A stretch of DNA of 63,893 nt, filler included, from Octopus bimaculoides (lineage: Eukaryota), in the NCBI RefSeq assembly GCF_001194135.2. It is 7 parts of 6 records of this genome, joined end to end, with 100 filler letters (N's around TTAATTAATTAA, not from the genome) between each part and the next. Parts side by side here need not be neighbours in the genome. Positions count along the whole stretch, not along the records: positions 43,059 to 62,756 come from NC_068982.1; positions 62,857 to 63,893 come from NW_026390175.1; 5 more parts are not named here. The stretch is one strand, 5' to 3'. A program made the translations under genes and the position numbers. Below the pieces are notes generated by a model that was given only the letters and a program-made list of their open reading frames with translations, made no database searches and was not told the DNA's origin. Every line of letters starts with the position of its first letter. Positions within the stretch are counted from its first letter, which is position 1. Below are positions 57,770-63,893 of this stretch, piece by piece.

Positions 57770-59930
57770 CACAAACCTTCCTCTTTTCAGGTGCAAACAA
57801 TCCCTTAGTCACCCACACATCTTTCTATTGAGTGTACAAAATTAGAGATACCACAATCAAAGTTGGCATAATGAAAGGTAGATCCAGGGAGATTGCTGAA
57901 ATGTTAGACTGGAGGTATGTAGATGTGTGCAGTGTGCAAGAAGATTGCAGTTAGAAACTTCATGAACAAGGAACAAAGATATAAATCCTTCTGGATAGAC
58001 AGTAGTGATGGTGTGGATGGTGTAGACATATATTTGGTAGAGAAATAAGTAAAATAATTAAAGTAGTTAGAATGTGTGATAGAATAGTTATGCTAACACT
58101 ATCTTTGAAAATACAATAGTGACATCTATCTTTGCACATGTTCCACAATTTGAACTGGCAGATGAACAGAAGGACTTATTTTTATGAGGCCTGACAAATG
58201 AAAATAATCATATTAACATGGCTAGTGTCTTCGTTGGACATTTTAGGAAGCGTTTTGATGTATTCCATGGGGTATATGAAGGTTATAGCTCTGGTTCTCA
58301 AAATGAGGAGGGAAAAAGGCTATTGGGGCTCTGTGATGCAAATGATTTAATGATCTATAACGCTAATATAAGGAAAACAATCAGCCATCTGGTTGCCTAT
58401 AAATCTGGTCAGCAAACAAGCCAGATTGACTATATGCTCACCAGAAAATGAGAGAGACATATAGCTGTGAATATGAAATCTTTCTCAAGTAAGGAATATA
58501 CAATCCATTATGAATTAGTGGTAAGTGACTTAAGATTTAGAGCTAGAAATATTCAGATACAAACTAATCTAGAAAAGGAAGATATGGAACCTTCAAGATC
58601 CAGTGAATAGTTAGAAATTTATAGAAGTGCTAGTTAAAGTATTTGCTGAAAAGGAGGAAACCAAAAGAGAGCAACAGGCCAAATTTGTGGCTGGTGAAAA
58701 GTTCTATCCAGACCAAGAGTGACATAGTAGTGAGACAGTGAGGTAGACAGGGCCCACATGAACGCTTGTGGTAACTCCTATATGCTGATGATCTCATTCT
58801 TATAGCTAAATATGTAGTTGAATTAGAAAAGAAATTCCAGGTATGGAGACAAAGTTAGGAATCAAAAAGTTCTACAAAGCCAGAAAACAGACAGGTCTCT
58901 AGTCCCTTGAGGAAAATGGACCTGCTCAGTATGTAGAAAAAGTGTAGCTAGAAATTCCATATGGTGTATAGTGCAGACTATAGGCACACAAGAGGTGCAA
59001 TGGAATCTCAGGAAGATGAACAGAGAAAGTAGGCTTTGTATGTAGCAGAAGCACAAGAGTAATATTCACTAATATATGGGAAATAGATTTTCTCAAATGC
59101 TTCAGAGAATCCTTAGCGGTTGTAGTTCCTGTTACCTAGATGAGAGTACAATGCTCCTTGGCGAGAATGGACTGGACCACTACATATAAATAGTAGCAGT
59201 CTGCGTAAGTGAGGTAGTCCATTTTACTTCCATAGTTCATGTGTTGATAGTTCAAAGTTGGAATTCAAAGTTTACAGTTCAAGTTAGTGTTGGATTGTTG
59301 GTTCCTAAAAGATTGTTGTTACGTTCTGTGTGGTTACTGCAATTTGTTTCAATTATATTGTTATTACTCTATTGCAGTGTATTCGTTAATCCATAAGGAT
59401 ATAACAATGACCCAATTAACTGTGGTGAAGAATGTTCTGAAAGTATAATTACTAGAAAAAAAATATGATGGAGAAAATTCAAGGTGATATTAACTCTGTT
59501 GGTAACGAAAGATTTCTCTCTTAGTGAAAGGCAGACTGTATGATGGCTGTGTACAAACAGCTATGTTACATGGTAGTGAAACATGGGCCCTGAATGCAGA
59601 GGGCATGCAAAAACGAAAAAGAAATGAAACTAGTATGCTCCACTGGATGTGTAACATCAGTGTGCATGTGTGACAAAGTGTAAAAATATTGAGAGAAAAA
59701 AAATTGGACATAAGAGGAATTAGATGTAGTGTGCAAGAAAGAAAAGTGCACTGGTATGGTCATATGATGCATATGGATGAGGGTTGCTATATAAAAAAGT
59801 GCTGATTATTAAATGTGGAGGAAACTGGTGAAAGAGAGAGATCTAGGAAGGCATGGGATGAGTGGTGAAGGACTATCTTAGGATGCTGAGTCTCACAGAG
59901 TAGAAAATAAAGAACTGAGATGATGAATGC
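57770..59930 (+). mobile_element. Heavily decayed RTE-like LINE with internal deletions
   Basis: APE remnants (GRSREIAEML, RMCDRIV, QIDYML) and C-terminal KGRLYDGCVQTAMLHGSETW, HWYGHMM. Confidence 0.8.
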
Positions 59931-60784
59931 ATATGGGGGTAAAGAAGGCCTACCCATTATTGTGAAACTGAGCCTCTAAAAGCATATATATATATATATA
60001 CACTGAATCCCTTGTCCAATTTGTACTTGTAAAAGCTTTTCCTATTCCTTCTTCTTACCATCACTCTTCTAACTACTACATTATTCTACTAGTATAGTTA
60101 AATGAAAGCCTAACTACAAACTTCATCCTATTCTGTGCAACCACTTCCTTTTGACATCTACCCCTACTTCTTAACATCATTTCTCCCCACACATATTTTC
60201 CATTGATCACTCTTTCTGTGCTACCAGTTATCTCTCACTCTCCCTTGTTGACACCCATACCTTTGATTTCCTTCACCCCTATCTCTCTACAGCTCACTCT
60301 TCTCCCACACTAGCAACATCCACCCCATCTTTCATTCTTCCCCTATCTACAGTTTTATTATTCTGCTGCTTTGTTCTACTTGTCATCACCTCTCTCCTGA
60401 GCCTCTTCTATTGTTCTTATCACCTTCCCCCAACTCTTATTTACCATAAACCATCCTTGTTTATCACTCACTACTTTCACACCAAACCTCATTTCTAACC
60501 ATCTCTCATTCTACCCCTCCACCAACAATGTTGCAACCATTACCCATCCACCCTTCTTCTTTTCATACATTCTTGTGTTTACCTTCTTGTAACATGAGAG
60601 TACACTGTAATACCTCATCACTATCATTCTCCAGCTTAACCCTAATTATTCCCATCTACACTTACATAATATGAGGTAGCCATGCATCTCCTCAGCAGCA
60701 ACAAACCTGTTCTGTACCTTCTATCATGCTTTAATTTCTCAACACCTAGCATCAAGCCTCTTCCTCCTCTATTATACTCAACTG

Positions 60785-61005
60785 AGGAGGCATCTTAGCC
60801 TTGTGAATTACATGGCAAACTAACTAGCATTGGTGCCATGAAAAAGTACTAAGTACAGTTTGTAAAGTGGTTGGCCCTGGAAAGGGAATCTAGCTGTAGA
60901 AACCACACCAAACCAGATATTGGAGCATGATACAGCCCACAAGCTCATCAAATCCTGCTGAACCATCCAACTTATGCTAGCATGGAAGATGGACATTTAA
61001 TGAGG
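60785..61005 (+). mobile_element. Second copy of the 57340-57612 repeat family
   Basis: TGTAAAGTGGTTGGC..CCATCCAACTTATGCTAGCATGGAA blocks. Confidence 0.6.
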
Positions 61006-61038
61006 ATAGCTCTCTCTCTTATATATATATGTGTTGTC

Positions 61039-61610
61039 TATATTGCTGGCTGGAGCGGACACTGACCATCTGATAATTGTAAAATCTCAAGAGATGAGAG
61101 TAGTAACTATACTAACAAGTAAAGTTAATTGCCACATCAAAGTGGCTGTTCCATGTTACTACTAGGTTAACCCCAGGCAGATCTTCCATCAGTTAATCCC
61201 TACCATCCATTAGTAGACGACAGGATCATGAGACTGACTCAGTTTCAAGCTAGTTTGCTCATCTTCAGTCATGAATACCTGGTTGCCAAAGAGATGCTCA
61301 GAGTCCACTCCAGCCAGCAATATATTGTAAACAAAGTGGCCATTGGTCACTGATTTGCAACAAGCAAAGTAGTTAGTTGTAAAGTCTGAAGAAGAGATGA
61401 GAGTAGTAACATGGAACAGCCACTTTGATGTGGCGATTAACTTTACTTGTTAGTGTAGTTACTACTCTCATCTCTTCTTGAGATTTTACAAGTAGCTACT
61501 TTGCTTGTTGCAAACCAATGGTTACTTTGTTTACAATATATTGCTGGCTGGAGTGGACTCTGACCATCTCTCTGGTGACCAGGTGTTTGCAACTGAAGAT
61601 GAGCAAACTT
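61039..61610. repeat. Nested inverted and direct duplications
   Basis: IR arms 61252-61410 and 61457-61610; 61078-61163 is the reverse complement of ~61402-61490; 61039-61071 is a direct copy of ~61539-61571. Confidence 0.85.
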
Positions 61611-61860
61611 GGATCGCACTGATGAAGAAGCTATCTTGTTTGTCAAAATAGTCATTAAAAGCAGACATGACGTTATCATTACAGCAATACTGGTACCTAG
61701 CAGAGTGGTTTTTCATGTTGGGAAACAGATAATCAGATGGAACCAAATCACTAATATAGGGAGGGTGATCACAGCAGCTGTTGAAACCAAGGACTTGTGT
61801 GCCAAAGCCTTGTCCTAATGAAACAAGACCTCATTCATCAGTTTTTCTGGGTGCTTGATC
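61611..61860 (-). mobile_element. Mariner transposase C-terminal fragment
   Basis: VLFH*DKALAH..HPPYISDLVPSDYLFPNMK..DKQDSFFISAIQ, truncated at ~61610. Confidence 0.8.
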
Positions 61861-62800
61861 TTGATAGCTTTTCATAACTGCCTTAGCAAGTTGGCATTGA
61901 ACTTTCCATTGATGGAATGGTCATTTTTTGCATTAACATATAGTACATATAATAATGTGAAGTATATTTTGTATATTAAAATGTTTAATTTCAGAAATTT
62001 ATCAAGCAAATCAAACATAGGCAGTAAAACTACAAATTACAAGTATTTCAAAATGTGGGACACTACATGATGAAAACTAACAAAAAAGAAAGAAAATGGT
62101 GGTGCTTGTGTTCCAAAGGTATGATGAGAGAGCTCATGAGAAAGACAGAAAATGGGATTAAAGGGAAGAAAGATATAAGGAAAGAAAAGAATGAAAAGTG
62201 AAAGGATAAACTGGGGGTCTGAAGTGAATGCTAGGCAGGAGATGAAACAAAATACATGTCTTACCTACACATAAGTCAAGTAGAAAAAATATGAGTGATA
62301 AAAAATTGGATGGTCTTTTGTTATTAAAAAGTGAAGAAAGAGAAGTGGAGTTGGGGAAGAACATGTGTGAAGAAAGAGAAAGTGAGGAAAGAAAGGGAAT
62401 AAATATAGACAGTAGGTAGTTGACAGAAATAGACAGAGGAAGAAATAGAAGGTAGTAAAGAGAGAAAGGCAGCAGGTAGATAGAGAAGCAGATAGAAACA
62501 GATAGGGAAGGTTTTGCATACAAGAGGGGAGAGGAGAAGGAGAGAGAAATTAATAAAAAAGAGAGAAAATCTCACTTCAAATATTGAACACTGTATGGGA
62601 TGCCATTGAGTATGAATTGAAGTGGTGTCTGTGACATTACATTGACATTATATATATATATATATATATATATATACGCTTGCACTAAATGAGGCTGCAA
62701 AGAAAGAGGTCTGGAGATGCCACTACGATAGATTGCTTAATAAAGAGAATGAATGGNNNNNNNNNNNNNNNNNNNNNNNNNNNNNNNNNNNNNNNNNNNN

Positions 62801-62812
62801 TTAATTAATTAA
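62801..62812. other. Artificial gap linker TTAATTAATTAA
   Basis: 44 N on each side. Confidence 0.95.
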
Positions 62813-62856
62813 NNNNNNNNNNNNNNNNNNNNNNNNNNNNNNNNNNNNNNNNNNNN

Positions 62857-62948
62857 CCTCGGCGGAATTTGAACTCAGAACGTAGTGGCAGACGAAATAC
62901 CGTTAAACATTTCGCCCTGCGTGCTAACGATTCTGCCATCGCGCTGCT
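62857..62948 (-). mobile_element. SINE family B head
   Basis: Reverse complement has GGCAGAATCGTTAGCACGCAGGGCGAAATG..GAGTTCAAATTCCGCCGAGG. Confidence 0.8.
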
Positions 62949-63195
62949 TTGTTATAAAGATTACAATAATGTCGATAATGTGTATGATAACGACCACGAT
63001 AATAATGATGACGATATTGGTAATAATCTTGGAAACGATGACGAATAACAACCAATGATTTCGACTTGCCCCAGAACAATATAATTTCGAGCGACACGAT
63101 GAGATCCCGGAAGTGCTACATTGGAAACTATGTGAAAAGTGGAGTTTAGAGAGAGGCAGGATGTGGAATGAATACAAACAGTTCTAATAGTAATA

Positions 63196-63223
<28 letters not shown>

Positions 63224-63230
<7 letters not shown>

Positions 63231-63604
63231 AGCACTCTGAGAGTGCAAGCCTCCACCAAGGCAATACCAGCGTCCTCTCAACGATTAGCCAGAGATGATT
63301 TAAAAAATGAGAATATTTGAAATAAAGTCAATTGCTTTCACAAACGGGAATACTAAAAATGAACCCGACTGCTCTCAAAAATTAAGTTAAAAAAAAAACA
63401 GGAAAAATAATCCGGAATCCTTGTCCGGTACCAGATCAATCCCAAAATCTATTCAGTTCGTGCCAGTCACGAGGCCAAACATCCTTGAAAGTTTCATCCG
63501 AATCCATCCAGCGGTTCTTGAGACATCTTGTCCACAGACAGACAAACAAGCAAACATACACGACCGAAAACAATACCTCCGCCTTCGCTAAGCTGGAGGT
63601 AACA
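63224..63604 (+). mobile_element. Helentron-associated non-autonomous element (HINE/DINE-1-like), apparently complete
   Basis: 5' GCCTCCACCAAGG resembles 3' ACCTCCGCC; 3' hairpin ACCTCC..GGAGGT (63575-63600); AAAGTTTCATCCGAATCC motif; (CAGA/CAAA)n. Confidence 0.6.
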
Positions 63605-63645
63605 ACGACAACAAAAACAACAACAACAACAACAATAATAATAAT

Positions 63646-63785
63646 AATAGTCATATTGGCGACATAAAATCTTACCAGAAACTACCAGGTTAATGTTCTT
63701 CAAGACGGTTCTGACCCTGAATGCAGATTCTGCAACGCATTTAACGAAACAATAAACCATCTCGTTCCAGGACGTCCTTTGCTAT
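63646..63785 (+). mobile_element. R4/Dong-like zinc-knuckle fragment
   Basis: SDPECRFCNAFNETINHLVPGRP: CxxC..H present, last Cys lost; starts at (AAT)n. Confidence 0.6.
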
Positions 63786-63859
63786 ATTTATCTATCTATA
63801 TATATATATCAATATATGACTATATATATAGACATATTAATACATATAGACATATATAT

Positions 63860-63893
<34 letters not shown>

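Noticed and set aside
60000-60780. C/T-rich block possibly inverted relative to the purine-rich block at 62100-62560
   Set aside because: Compositionally complementary, but I could not establish a collinear alignment.

Overview
This is a eukaryotic, AT-rich, repeat-saturated draft-assembly window with about 8.5-9 kb of N. The SINE families and microsatellite load match my recollection of Octopus (coleoid cephalopod) repeats; that assignment is an inference. There is no intact long ORF: nearly all ORF-track entries are microsatellite or gap artefacts, or decayed transposon frames. Supported content includes four tRNA-derived SINE families, five copies of a ~550-bp non-coding (TAA)n-flanked retroelement, several R4/Dong-like 3' ends, three RTE remnants, three Penelope-like elements (PLEs), mariner, hAT and Helentron-like remnants, and six artificial 100-bp gap linkers. 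The most interesting signals are: (1) minimal type I hammerhead ribozymes in PLE/retrozyme-like repeats, one intact at 50401-50472; (2) a tandem pair of 6-nt microexon candidates on the minus strand at 2785-2790 and 3149-3154; (3) a (TAA)n-targeted element system, with the ~550-bp element as a candidate non-autonomous passenger of R4/Dong; (4) a ~1-kb fold-back at 56.2-57.2 kb. Host-gene exon candidates rest on splice signals only and are low confidence. All alignments and folds were done by eye, and family names are from recall, not database searches.
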